DNA from: Camelus ferus | Taxonomy: Eukaryota | Direction: 5' to 3' | DNA length: 64,000 bases | Assembly: GCF_009834535.1 (NCBI RefSeq) | Contig: NC_045697.1 | Location: forward strand, 120,964,001-121,028,000 | Shown: in pieces, positions 12,501-25,850 of the stretch | How positions within the stretch are numbered: position 1 is the first letter of the stretch | How the letters are laid out: every line of letters starts with the position of its first letter | The notes under the pieces: generated by a model | Told to the model about the DNA's origin: nothing | What the model saw: only the letters and a program-made list of their open reading frames with translations | Databases searched by the model: none | Translations under genes and position numbers: made by a program

Positions 12501-15500
12501 TGCCTGGTGTCACAGGTGTTCCCTGGCAGGGGGAAGACCGCTAATTACCACCCCTGTCCAGGGGGAGAAACTACATGCTACCTGATTTTCCAGCCCAACC
12601 CCCGCATTTCCCTGTCTGCCCGCACTAGGAGACACTCGGGGAAGGCACGAGGAGGGCTCCTATGAGATCTCAGGCGCTGCAGACATAGGACGGAACCTCC
12701 CCACACTCAGAATTCCAGAACAAGGCCGAGTGGGTGTGGGAGGTTTGGGTCCGCCCTCCACGCAGCTGCCTCTTGTCACAGGTGTTCCCTGGCAGGTTGA
12801 AGTACGCTAAATACCTTCCCCGTCCAGGGGGAGGCACTACATGCTACCTGGATTTCCAGCCCAACCCCCGCCTTTCCCCGGCTCCCCGCACTTGGATACA
12901 CTCGGGGAAGGCACGCGGAGGGCTCCTAGGTGATCCCAGGCGCTACAGACAGAGTACGGACCTCCCCACACTCAGAAATCTGGAACGCAGCCGAGTAGGT
13001 GGGAGAGGTTTGGTTCAGCACTCCACGCAGCTGCCTGGTGTCAAATGTGTTCCCTTGCAGGGGAAATCTGCTAATTACCTCCACTATCCAGGGGGAGGCA
13101 CTACATGCTACCTGCTTTTCCAGCCCAACGCCCGTTTTCCCGGCATTCCGCACTAGGAGACACTCTGGAAGACACGTGGATGGCTCCTAGGTGATACCAG
13201 GCGCTTCAGACCGAAGACGGGACCTCCCCACACTCAGAATTCCGGAACGAGTCCGAATGTCTGTGGGAGATTTGGGGCCGCCCTTCACGCAGCTGCGTGG
13301 TGTCACATGTGTTCCTTGATGGGAAATTCGCTAATTACCTCCCCTGTCCAGAGGGAGGCACTACATGCTACCTGCATTTCCAGCCCAACCCACAATTTTC
13401 CCCGGCAGCCCGCACTAGGAGACACTCTGGGAAGACATGCGGAGGGCGCCTAAGTGATCCCAGTCGGTGCAGACAGAGGACGGACCTCACGACACTCAGA
13501 AATCCGGAACGCGGCCGAATGGGTCAGGGAGGTTTGGGGCCGCCCTCCACGAACCTGCCTAGTGTCACAGGTGTTCCCTGGCGGGGGAAAGTCCGCTAAT
13601 TACCTCCCCTGTCCAGGGGGAGGCACTAGATGCTATCTGCATTTCCAGCCCGACCCCCGCATTTCCCCAGCATCCCGCATTAGGAGACACTCCGGGAAGA
13701 CACGCGGAGGGCTCCTAGGTGATCCCAGGTGCTGCAGAGAGAGTACGGCACCTCCCCAAACTCAGAAATCCTGAACAAGGCCGAGTGGTTGGTTGAGGTT
13801 TGGGGCCGACCTCCACGCAGCTGCCTGGTGTCACAGGTGTTCCCTGGCAGGGGGAATTCCGCTAATTACCTCCCCTGTCCAGGGAGAGGCACTACATGCT
13901 ACCTGCATTTCCAGCACAAGCCCCGCCATTCCCCGGCTCGCAGCACTAGGATACACTAGGGGAAGACACGCGGAGGGCTCCTAGAGATCCCAGTCGCTGC
14001 AGACAGAGTACGGAACTTCCCCACACTCAGAATCCCGGAACGCGGCCGAGTGGGTGGTGTAGGTTTGCCATAACCCCACACGCAGCAGCCTGGTGTCACA
14101 GGTGTTCCCTGGAGGGGGGAAATTCGCTAATTACCTACCCTGTCCAGGGGGAGGCACTACAAGCTACCTGCATTTCCAGCCCAACCCCCGCCTTTCCCCG
14201 GGTTCCCGCACTAGGGGACACTCGGTGAAGACACGCGGAGGGCACCTGGGAGATCCCAGGCGCAGCAGACTGATTACGGAACCTCCCCACACTCAGAATT
14301 CCAGAACAAGGCCGAGTGGGTGTGGGATTTTTGGGGCCGCCCTCCACGCAGCTGACTCTTGTCACAGGTGTTCCCTGGCAGGGGGAATTCCGCTAATTAC
14401 CTTCCCTGTCCAGGGTGAGGCACTATATGCTACCTGCTTTTCCAGGACAAAAACCGCATTTCCCCGGCAGTCCATACTAGGTGACACTCTGGGAAGTCAC
14501 GAGGAGGGCTCCTAGGAGATCCCACATGCTGCAGAAAGAAGACCGAACCTCCCCACACTCAGATGACCGGAACGCGGCGGAGTTTGTGCGGGAGGTTTGG
14601 GTCTTCCATCCACGAAGCTAAATGGTGTCACAGGTGTTCCCTGGCATTGGGAAGTCCGCTAATTACCTCCACTGACCAGGGGGAGACACTAGATTCTACC
14701 TGCTTTTCCAGCCCAACCCCCGCCTTTCACCAGTAGCCCGCAAAAGGAGACACTCGGGGAAGACACGCGGAGGGCTCCTAGGAGACCCCAGGCGCTGCAG
14801 AAAGAAGACCGAACCTCCCCACACTCAGAATTCCGGAACAAGCCCGAGTGGGTTTGGGAGGTTTGGGGACGCCCTCCACGCAGCTGCCTGGTGTCACAGG
14901 TGTTCCCTGGAAGGGGGAAGTCCGCTAATTACCTCCCCTGTTCAGGGGGAGGCACTACAGGCTACCTGCATTTCCAGCCCTACCCCCACCCTTCCCCGGC
15001 ATCCAGCAAGAGGAGACACTCGGGGAAGACATGCGGAGTGCTCCTAGGAGATCCCAGGAGCTGAAGAGAGAGTACAGAACTTCCTCACCCTCAGAATAAC
15101 GGAACACGGACGAGTGTTTTCGGGAGGTTTGGGTCCGACCTCCACGCAGCTGCCTTGTGTCACAGGTGTTCCAAGCCAGGGGGAACTCCGCTTTTACCTC
15201 TCCTGTCCAGGGGGATTCCCTAGATGCTACCTGCAATTCCAGCACAACACCAGGCTTTCACTGCATCCCACACTAGGAGACACTCGGGGAATACACGTGG
15301 AGGGCTCCTAGGTGATCCCAGGTGCTGCAGAGAGAATACGGAACCTCCCGACACTCAGAATTCCGTAACGCGGCCGAGTGGGTGGGGGAGGTTTGGGGCA
15401 GCCCTCCAGGCAGCTTCCTGGTGTCACAGGTGTTCCCTGGCAGGGGGAAGACCTCTAATTACCACCCCTTTCCAGGGGGAGGCACTATATGCTACCTGTT

Positions 15501-18500
15501 TTTCCAGGACAAAACCCGCTTTTCCCCGGCAGTCCATACTAGGTGACACTCTGGGAAGTCACGAGGAGGGCTCCTAGGAGATCCCACATGCTGCAGAAAG
15601 AAGACCGAACCTCCCCACACTCAGATGACCGGAACGCGGCGGAGTTTGTGCGGGAGGTTTGGGTCTTCCATCCACGAAGCTAAATGGTGTCACAGGTGTT
15701 CCCTGGCATTGGGAAGTCCGCTAATTACCTCCACTGACCAGGGGGAGACACTAGATTCTACCTGCTTTTCCAGCCCAACCCCCGCCTTTCCCCAGTAACC
15801 CGCAAAAGGAGACACTCGGGGAAGACACGCGGAGGGCTCCTAGGAGACCCCAGGCGCTGCAGAAAGAAGACCGAACCTCCCCACACTCAGAATTCCGGAA
15901 CAAGCCCGAGTGGGTGTGGGAGGTTTGGGGACGCCCTCCACGCAGCTGCTTGTTGTCACAGGTGTTCCCTGGCAGGGGGAATTCCGCTAATTACCTCCCC
16001 TGTCCAGGAGGAGTCACTAGATGCTACCTGCATATCCAGCAAAACCCCCGCCTTTCAACGGCTCCCCGTAAAAGGAGACACTATGGGAAGGCACGTGGAT
16101 GGCTCCTAGGAGATCCCAGGGGCTGGAGATTGAAGATCAAACCTCCCCAAACTCAGAATTCCGGAATGCGCCCGAGTGGGTGGGGGAGGTTTGGGACCGA
16201 AACCCACGAAGCTGCCGGGTGTTAAATGTGTTCTCTGGCAGGGGGAAGTCCGCTAATTACCTCCCCTGTCCAGGGGGAGGCGCTACATGCTACCTGCCTT
16301 TCCAGCCCAACACCAGCATTTCCCCGGCACACTGCACTAGGATACACTCGGTGAAGATAGGCGGAGGGCTCCTAGGAGATCCCAGGTGCTGCAGAGAGAG
16401 TACGGCACCTCCCCAAACTCAGAAATCCTGAACAAGGCCGAGTGGTTGGTTGAGGTTTGGGGCCGACCTCCACGCAGCTGCCTGGTGTCACAGGTGTTCC
16501 CTGGCAGGGGGAATTCCGCTAATTACCTCCCCTGTCCAGGGAGAGGCACTACATGCTACCTGCATTTCCAGCACAAGCCCCGCCATTCCCCGGCTCCCAG
16601 CACTAGGATACACTAGGGGAAGACACGCGGAGGGCTCCTAGAGATCCCAGGCGCTGCAGACAGAGTACGGAACTTCCCCACACTCAGAATCCCGGAACGC
16701 GGCCGAGTGGGTGGTGTAGGTTTGCCATAACCACACACGCAGCAGCCTGGTGTCACAGGTGTTCCCTGGAGGGGGGAAATTCGCTAATTACCTACCCTGT
16801 CCAGAGGGAGGCACTACAAGCTACCTGCATTTCCAGCCCGACCCCCGCATTTCCCCAGCATCCCGCATTAGGAGACACTCGGGGAAGACACGCGGAGGGC
16901 TCCTAGGTAATCCCAGGCGCTGCAGAGAGAGTACGGCACCTCCCCACACTCAGAAATCCTGAACGCGGCCGAGTGGTTGGTTGAGGTTTGGGGCCGACCT
17001 CCAAGCAGCTGCCTGGTGTCACAGGTGTTCCCTGGCAGGGGGAAGACCGCTAATTACCACCCCTGTCCAGGGGGAGAAACTACATGCTACCTGATTTTCC
17101 AGCCCAACCCCCGCATTTCCCTGTCTGCCTGCACTAGGAGACACTCGGGGAAGGCACGAGGAGGGCTCCTATGAGATCTCAGGCGCTGCAGACATAGGAC
17201 GGAACCTCCCCACACTCAGAATTCCAGAACAAGGCCGAGTGGGTGTGGGAGGTTTGGGTCCGCCCTCCACGCAGCTGCCTCTTGTCACAGGTGTTCCCTG
17301 GCAGGTTGAAGTACGCTAAATACCTTCCCCGTCCAGGGGGAGGCACTACATGCTACCTGGATTTCCAGCCCAACCCCCGCCTTTCCCCGGCTCCCCGCAC
17401 TTGGATACACTCGGGGAAGGCACGCGGAGGGCTCCTAGGTGATCCCAGGCGCTGCAGACAGAGTACGGACCTCCCCACACTCAGAAATCTGGAACGCAGC
17501 CGAGTAGGTGGGAGAGGTTTGGTTCAGCACTCCACGCAGCTGCCTGGTGTCAAATGTGTTCCCTTGCAGGGGAAATCTGCTAATTACCTCCACTATCCAG
17601 GGGGAGGCACTACATGCTACCTGCTTTTCCAGCCCAACGCCCGTTTTCCCGGCATTCCGCACTAGGAGACACTCTGGAAGACACGTGGATGGCTCCTAGG
17701 TGATACCAGGCGCTTCAGACCGAAGACGGGACCTCCCCACACTCAGAATTCCGGAACGAGTCCGAATGTCTGTGGGAGATTTGGGGCCGCCCTTCACGCA
17801 GCTGCGTGGTGTCACATGTGTTCCTTGATGGGAAATTCGCTAATTACCTCCCCTGTCCAGAGGGAGGCACTACATGCTACCTGCATTTCCAGCCCAACCC
17901 ACAATTTTCCCCGGCAGCCCGCACTAGGAGACACTCTGGGAAGACATGCGGAGGGCGCCTAAGTGATCCCAGTCGGTGCAGACAGAGGACGGACCTCACG
18001 ACACTCAGAAATCCGGAACGCGGCCGAATGGGTCAGGGAGGTTTGGGGCCGCCCTCCACGAACCTGCCTAGTGTCACAGGTGTTCCCTGGCGGGGGAAAG
18101 TCCGCTAATTACCTCCCCTGTCCAGGGGGAGGCACTAGATGCTATCTGCATTTCCAGCCCGACCCCCGCATTTCCCCAGCATCCCGCATTAGGAGACACT
18201 CCGGGAAGACACGCGGAGGGCTCCTAGGTGATCCCAGGTGCTGCAGAGAGAGTACGGCACCTCCCCAAACTCAGAAATCCTGAACAAGGCCGAGTGGTTG
18301 GTTGAGGTTTGGGGCCGACCTCCACGCAGCTGCCTGGTGTCACAGGTGTTCCCTGGCAGGGGGAATTCCGCTAATTACCTCCCCTGTCCAGGGAGAGGCA
18401 CTACATGCTACCTGCATTTCCAGCACAAGCCCCGCCATTCCCCGGCTCGCAGCACTAGGATACACTAGGGGAAGACACGCGGAGGGCTCCTAGAGATCCC

Positions 18501-21500
18501 AGTCGCTGCAGACAGAGTACGGAACTTCCCCACACTCAGAATCCCGGAACGCGGCCGAGTGGGTGGTGTAGGTTTGCCATAACCCCACACGCAGCAGCCT
18601 GGTGTCACAGGTGTTCCCTGGAGGGGGGAAATTCGCTAATTACCTACCCTGTCCAGGGGGAGGCACTACAAGCTACCTGCATTTCCAGCCCAACCCCCGC
18701 CTTTCCCCGGGTTCCCGCACTAGGGGACACTCGGTGAAGACACGCGGAGGGCACCTGGGAGATCCCAGGCGCAGCAGACTGATTACGGAACCTCCCCACA
18801 CTCAGAATTCCAGAACAAGGCCGAGTGGGTGTGGGATTTTTGGGGCCGCCCTCCACGCAGCTGACTCTTGTCACAGGTGTTCCCTGGCAGGGGGAATTCC
18901 GCTAATTACCTTCCCTGTCCAGGGTGAGGCACTATATGCTACCTGCTTTTCCAGGACAAAAACCGCATTTCCCCGGCAGTCCATACTAGGTGACACTCTG
19001 GGAAGTCACGAGGAGGGCTCCTAGGAGATCCCACATGCTGCAGAAAGAAGACCGAACCTCCCCACACTCAGATGACCGGAACGCGGCGGAGTTTGTGCGG
19101 GAGGTTTGGGTCTTCCATCCACGAAGCTAAATGGTGTCACAGGTGTTCCCTGGCATTGGGAAGTCCGCTAATTACCTCCACTGACCAGGGGGAGACACTA
19201 GATTCTACCTGCTTTTCCAGCCCAACCCCCGCCTTTCACCAGTAGCCCGCAAAAGGAGACACTCGGGGAAGACACGCGGAGGGCTCCTAGGAGACCCCAG
19301 GCGCTGCAGAAAGAAGACCGAACCTCCCCACACTCAGAATTCCGGAACAAGCCCGAGTGGGTTTGGGAGGTTTGGGGACGCCCTCCACGCAGCTGCCTGG
19401 TGTCACAGGTGTTCCCTGGAAGGGGGAAGTCCGCTAATTACCTCCCCTGTTCAGGGGGAGGCACTACAGGCTACCTGCATTTCCAGCCCTACCCCCACCC
19501 TTCCCCGGCATCCAGCAAGAGGAGACACTCGGGGAAGACATGCGGAGTGCTCCTAGGAGATCCCAGGAGCTGAAGAGAGAGTACAGAACTTCCTCACCCT
19601 CAGAATAACGGAACACGGACGAGTGTTTTCGGGAGGTTTGGGTCCGACCTCCACGCAGCTGCCTTGTGTCACAGGTGTTCCAAGCCAGGGGGAACTCCGC
19701 TTTTACCTCTCCTGTCCAGGGGGATTCCCTAGATGCTACCTGCAATTCCAGCACAACACCAGGCTTTCACTGCATCCCACACTAGGAGACACTCGGGGAA
19801 TACACGTGGAGGGCTCCTAGGTGATCCAAGGTGCTGCAGAGAGAATACGGAACCTCCCGACACTCAGAATTCCGTAACGCGGCCGAGTGGGTGGGGGAGG
19901 TTTGGGGCAGCCCTCCAGGCAGCTTCCTGGTGTCACAGGTGTTCCCTGGCAGGGGGAAGACCTCTAATTACCACCCCTTTCCAGGGGGAGGCACTATATG
20001 CTACCTGTTTTTCCAGGACAAAACCCGCTTTTCCCCGGCAGTCCATACTAGGTGACACTCTGGGAAGTCACGAGGAGGGCTCCTAGGAGATCCCACATGC
20101 TGCAGAAAGAAGACCGAACCTCCCCACACTCAGATGACCGGAACGCGGCGGAGTTTGTGCGGGAGGTTTGGGTCTTCCATCCACGAAGCTAAATGGTGTC
20201 ACAGGTGTTCCCTGGCATTGGGAAGTCCGCTAATTACCTCCACTGACCAGGGGGAGACACTAGATTCTACCTGCTTTTCCAGCCCAACCCCCGCCTTTCC
20301 CCAGTAACCCGCAAAAGGAGACACTCGGGGAAGACACGCGGAGGGCTCCTAGGAGACCCCAGGCGCTGCAGAAAGAAGACCGAACCTCCCCACACTCAGA
20401 ATTCCGGAACAAGCCCGAGTGGGTGTGGGAGGTTTGGGGACGCCCTCCACGCAGCTGCTTGTTGTCACAGGTGTTCCCTGGCAGGGGGAATTCCGCTAAT
20501 TACCTCCCCTGTCCAGGAGGAGTCACTAGATGCTACCTGCATATCCAGCAAAACCCCCGCCTTTCAACGGCTCCCCGTAAAAGGAGACACTATGGGAAGG
20601 CACGTGGATGGCTCCTAGGAGATCCCAGGGGCTGGAGATTGAAGATCAAACCTCCCCAAACTCAGAATTCCGGAATGCGCCCGAGTGGGTGGGGGAGGTT
20701 TGGGACCGAAACCCACGAAGCTGCCGGGTGTTAAATGTGTTCTCTGGCAGGGGGAAGTCCGCTAATTACCTCCCCTGTCCAGGGGGAGGCGCTACATGCT
20801 ACCTGCCTTTCCAGCCCAACACCAGCATTTCCCCGGCACACTGCACTAGGATACACTCAGTGAAGATAGGCGGAGGGCTCCTAGGAGATCCCAGGTGCTG
20901 CAGAGAGAGTACGGCACCTCCCCAAACTCAGAAATCCTGAACAAGGCCGAGTGGTTGGTTGAGGTTTGGGGCCGACCTCCACGCAGCTGCCTGGTGTCAC
21001 AGGTGTTCCCTGGCAGGGGGAATTCCGCTAATTACCTCCCCTGTCCAGGGAGAGGCACTACATGCTACCTGCATTTCCAGCACAAGCCCCGCCATTCCCC
21101 GGCTCCCAGCACTAGGATACACTAGGGGAAGACACGCGGAGGGCTCCTAGAGATCCCAGGCGCTGCAGACAGAGTACGGAACTTCCCCACACTCAGAATC
21201 CCGGAACGCGGCCGAGTGGGTGGTGTAGGTTTGCCATAACCACACACGCAGCAGCCTGGTGTCACAGGTGTTCCCTGGAGGGGGGAAATTCGCTAATTAC
21301 CTACCCTGTCCAGAGGGAGGCACTACAAGCTACCTGCATTTCCAGCCCGACCCCCGCATTTCCCCAGCATCCCGCATTAGGAGACACTCGGGGAAGACAC
21401 GCGGAGGGCTCCTAGGTAATCCCAGGCGCTGCAGAGAGAGTACGGCACCTCCCCACACTCAGAAATCCTGAACGCGGCCGAGTGGTTGGTTGAGGTTTGG

Positions 21501-24500
21501 GGCCGACCTCCAAGCAGCTGCCTGGTGTCACAGGTGTTCCCTGGCAGGGGGAAGACCGCTAATTACCACCCCTGTCCAGGGGGAGAAACTACATGCTACC
21601 TGATTTTCCAGCCCAACCCCCGCATTTCCCTGTCTGCCTGCACTAGGAGACACTCGGGGAAGGCACGAGGAGGGCTCCTATGAGATCTCAGGCGCTGCAG
21701 ACATAGGACGGAACCTCCCCACACTCAGAATTCCAGAACAAGGCCGAGTGGGTGTGGGAGGTTTGGGTCCGCCCTCCACGCAGCTGCCTCTTGTCATAGG
21801 TGTTCCCTGGCAGGTTGAAGTACGCTAAATACCTTCCCCGTCCAGGGGGAGGCACTACATGCTACCTGGATTTCCAGCCCAACCCCCGCCTTTCCCCGGC
21901 TCCCCGCACTAGGATACACTCGGGGAAGGCACGCGGAGGGCTCCTAGGTGATCCCAGGCGCTACAGACAGAGTACGGACCTCCCCACACTCAGAAATCTG
22001 GAACGCAGCCGAGTAGGTGGGAGAGGTTTGGTTCAGCACTCCACGCAGCTGCCTGGTGTCAAATGTGTTCCCTTGCAGGGGAAATCTGCTAATTACCTCC
22101 ACTATCCAGGGGGAGGCACTACATGCTACCTGCTTTTCCAGCCCAACGCCCGTTTTCCCGGCATTCCGCACTAGGAGACACTCTGGAAGACACGTGGATG
22201 GCTCCTAGGTGATACCAGGCGCTTCAGACCGAAGACGGGACCTCCCCACACTCAGAATTCCGGAACGAGTCCGAATGTCTGTGGGAGATTTGGGGCCGCC
22301 CTTCACGCAGCTGCGTGGTGTCACATGTGTTCCTTGATGGGAAATTCGCTAATTACCTCCCCTGTCCAGAGGGAGGCACTACATGCTACCTGCATTTCCA
22401 GCCCAACCCACAATTTTCCCCGGCAGCCCGCACTAGGAGACACTCTGGGAAGACATGCGGAGGGCGCCTAAGTGATCCCAGTCGGTGCAGACAGAGGACG
22501 GACCTCACGACACTCAGAAATCCGGAACGCGGCCGAATGGGTCAGGGAGGTTTGGGGCCGCCCTCCACGAACCTGCCTAGTGTCACAGGTGTTCCCTGGC
22601 GGGGGAAAGTCCGCTAATTACCTCCCCTGTCCAGGGGGAGGCACTAGATGCTATCTGCATTTCCAGCCCGACCCCCGCATTTCCCCAGCATCCCGCATTA
22701 GGAGACACTCCGGGAAGACACGCGGAGGGCTCCTAGGTGATCCCAGGTGCTGCAGAGAGAGTACGGCACCTCCCCAAACTCAGAAATCCTGAACAAGGCC
22801 GAGTGTTTGGTTGAGGTTTGGGGCCGACCTCCACGCAGCTGCCTGGTGTCACAGGTGTTCCCTGGCAGGGGGAATTCCGCTAATTACCTCCCCTGTCCAG
22901 GGAGAGGCACTACATGCTACCTGCATTTCCAGCACAAGCCCCGCCATTCCCCGGCTCGCAGCACTAGGATACACTAGGGGAAGACACGCGGAGGGCTCCT
23001 AGAGATCCCAGTCGCTGCAGACAGAGTACGGAAATTCCCCACACTCAGAATCCCGGAACGCGGCCGAGTGGGTGGTGTAGGTTTGCCATAACCCCACACG
23101 CAGCAGCCTGGTGTCACAGGTGTTCCCTGGAGGGGGGAAATTCGCTAATTACCTACCCTGTCCAGGGGGAGGCACTACAAGCTACCTGCATTTCCAGCCC
23201 AACCCCCGCCTTTCCCCGGGTTCCCGCACTAGGGGACACTCGGTGAAGACACGCGGAGGGCACCTGGGAGATCCCAGGCGCAGCAGACTGATTACGGAAC
23301 CTCCCCACACTCAGAATTCCAGAACAAGGCCGAGTGGGTGTGGGATTTTTGGGGCCGCCCTCCACGCAGCTGACTCTTGTCACAGGTGTTCCCTGGCAGG
23401 GGGAATTCCGCTAATTACCTTCCCTGTCCAGGGTGAGGCACTATATGCTACCTGCTTTTCCAGGACAAAAACCGCATTTCCCCGGCAGTCCATACTAGGT
23501 GACACTCTGGGAAGTCACGAGGAGGGCTCCTAGGAGATCCCACATGCTGCAGAAAGAAGACCGAACCTCCCCACACTCAGATGACCGGAACGCGGCGGAG
23601 TTTGTGCGGGAGGTTTGGGTCTTCCATCCACGAAGCTAAATGGTGTCACAGGTGTTCCCTGGCATTGGGAAGTCCGCTAATTACCTCCACTGACCAGGGG
23701 GAGACACTAGATTCTACCTGCTTTTCCAGCCCAACCCCCGCCTTTCACCAGTAGCCCGCAAAAGGAGACACTCGGGGAAGACACGCGGAGGGCTCCTAGG
23801 AGACCCCAGGCGCTGCAGAAAGAAGACCGAACCTCCCCACACTCAGAATTCCGGAACAAGCCCGAGTGGGTTTGGGAGGTTTGGGGACGCCCTCCACGCA
23901 GCTGCCTGGTGTCACAGGTGTTCCCTGGAAGGGGGAAGTCCGCTAATTACCTCCCCTGTTCAGGGGGAGGCACTACAGGCTACCTGCATTTCCAGCCCTA
24001 CCCCCACCCTTCCCCGGCATCCAGCAAGAGGAGACACTCGGGGAAGACATGCGGAGTGCTCCTAGGAGATCCCAGGAGCTGAAGAGAGAGTACAGAACTT
24101 CCTCACCCTCAGAATAACGGAACACGGACGAGTGTTTTCGGGAGGTTTGGGTCCGACCTCCACGCAGCTGCCTTGTGTCACAGGTGTTCCAAGCCAGGGG
24201 GAACTCCGCTTTTACCTCTCCTGTCCAGGGGGATTCCCTAGATGCTACCTGCAATTCCAGCACAACACCAGGTTTTCACTGCATCCCACACTAGGAGACA
24301 CTCGGGGAATACACGTGGAGGGCTCCTAGGTGATCCAAGGTGCTGCAGAGAGAATACGGAACCTCCCGACACTCAGAATTCCGTAACGCGGCCGAGTGGG
24401 TGGGGGAGGTTTGGGGCAGCCCTCCAGGCAGCTTCCTGGTGTCACAGGTGTTCCCTGGCAGGGGGAAGACCTCTAATTACCACCCCTTTCCAGGGGGAGG

Positions 24501-25850
24501 CACTATATGCTACCTGCATTTCCAGGACAAAACCCGCTTTTCCCCGGCAGTCCATACTAGGTGACACTCTGGGAAGTCACGAGGAGGGCTCCTAGGAGAT
24601 CCCACATGCTGCAGAAAGAAGACCGAACCTCCCCACACTCAGATGACCGGAACGCGGCGGAGTTTGTGCGGGAGGTTTGGGTCTTCCATCCACGAAGCTA
24701 AATGGTGTCACAGGTGTTCCCTGGCATTGGGAAGTCCGCTAATTACCTCCACTGACCAGGGGGAGACACTAGATTCTACCTGCTTTTCCAGCCCAACCCC
24801 CGCCTTTCCCCAGTAACCCGCAAAAGGAGACACTCGGGGAAGACACGCGGAGGGCTCCTAGGAGACCCCAGGCGCTGCAGAAAGAAGACCGAACCTCCCC
24901 ACACTCAGAATTCCGGAACAAGCCCGAGTGGGTGTGGGAGGTTTGGGGACGCCCTCCACGCAGCTGCTTGTTGTCACAGGTGTTCCCTGGCAGGGGGAAT
25001 TCCGCTAATTACCTCCCCTGTCCAGGAGGAGTCACTAGATGCTACCTGCATATCCAGCAAAACCCCCGCCTTTCAACGGCTCCCCGTAAAAGGAGACACT
25101 ATGGGAAGGCACGTGGATGGCTCCTAGGAGATCCCAGGGGCTGGAGATTGAAGATCAAACCTCCCCAAACTCAGAATTCCGGAATGCGCCCGAGTGGGTG
25201 GGGGAGGTTTGGGACCGAAACCCACGAAGCTGCCGGGTGTTAAATGTGTTCTCTGGCAGGGTGAAGTCCGCTAATTACCTCCCCTGTCCAGGGGGAGGCG
25301 CTACATGCTACCTGCCTTTCCAGCCCAACACCAGCATTTCCCCGGCACACTGCACTAGGATACACTCGGTGAAGATAGGCGGAGGGCTCCTAGGAGATCC
25401 CAGGTGCTGCAGAGAGAGTACGGCACCTCCCCAAACTCAGAAATCCTGAACAAGGCCGAGTGGTTGGTTGAGGTTTGGGGCCGACCTCCACGCAGCTGCC
25501 TGGTGTCACAGGTGTTCCCTGGCAGGGGGAATTCCGCTAATTACCTCCCCTGTCCAGGGAGAGGCACTACATGCTACCTGCATTTCCAGCACAAGCCCCG
25601 CCATTCCCCGGCTCCCAGCACTAGGATACACTAGGGGAAGACACGCGGAGGGCTCCTAGAGATCCCAGGCGCTGCAGACAGAGTACGGAACTTCCCCACA
25701 CTCAGAATCCCGGAACGCGGCCGAGTGGGTGGTGTAGGTTTGCCATAACCACACACGCAGCAGCCTGGTGTCACAGGTGTTCCCTGGAGGGGGGAAATTC
25801 GCTAATTACCTACCCTGTCCAGGGGGAGGCACTACAAGCTACCTGCATTT
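6561..25850 (+). repeat. 17-mer higher-order repeat A (4509 bp; monomers a-q), about 4 full copies plus one 5-mer truncated copy
   Basis: The diagnostic monomer a (CTCCTAGGTAATCCC) starts at 6561, 11071, 12391, 16900 and 21409. ORF duplicates occur at offset 4509 (6905/11414, 12734/17243, 14093/18602/23111). I counted 17 monomer starts between 6561 and 11071. Confidence 0.95.
11071..12390 (+). repeat. Truncated 5-mer HOR variant (a-b-c-d-e, 1320 bp)
   Basis: Monomer a recurs after only 1320 bp (11071 to 12391). ORFs 11148/12468, 11414/12734 and 11977/13297 are offset by 1320. Confidence 0.93.
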
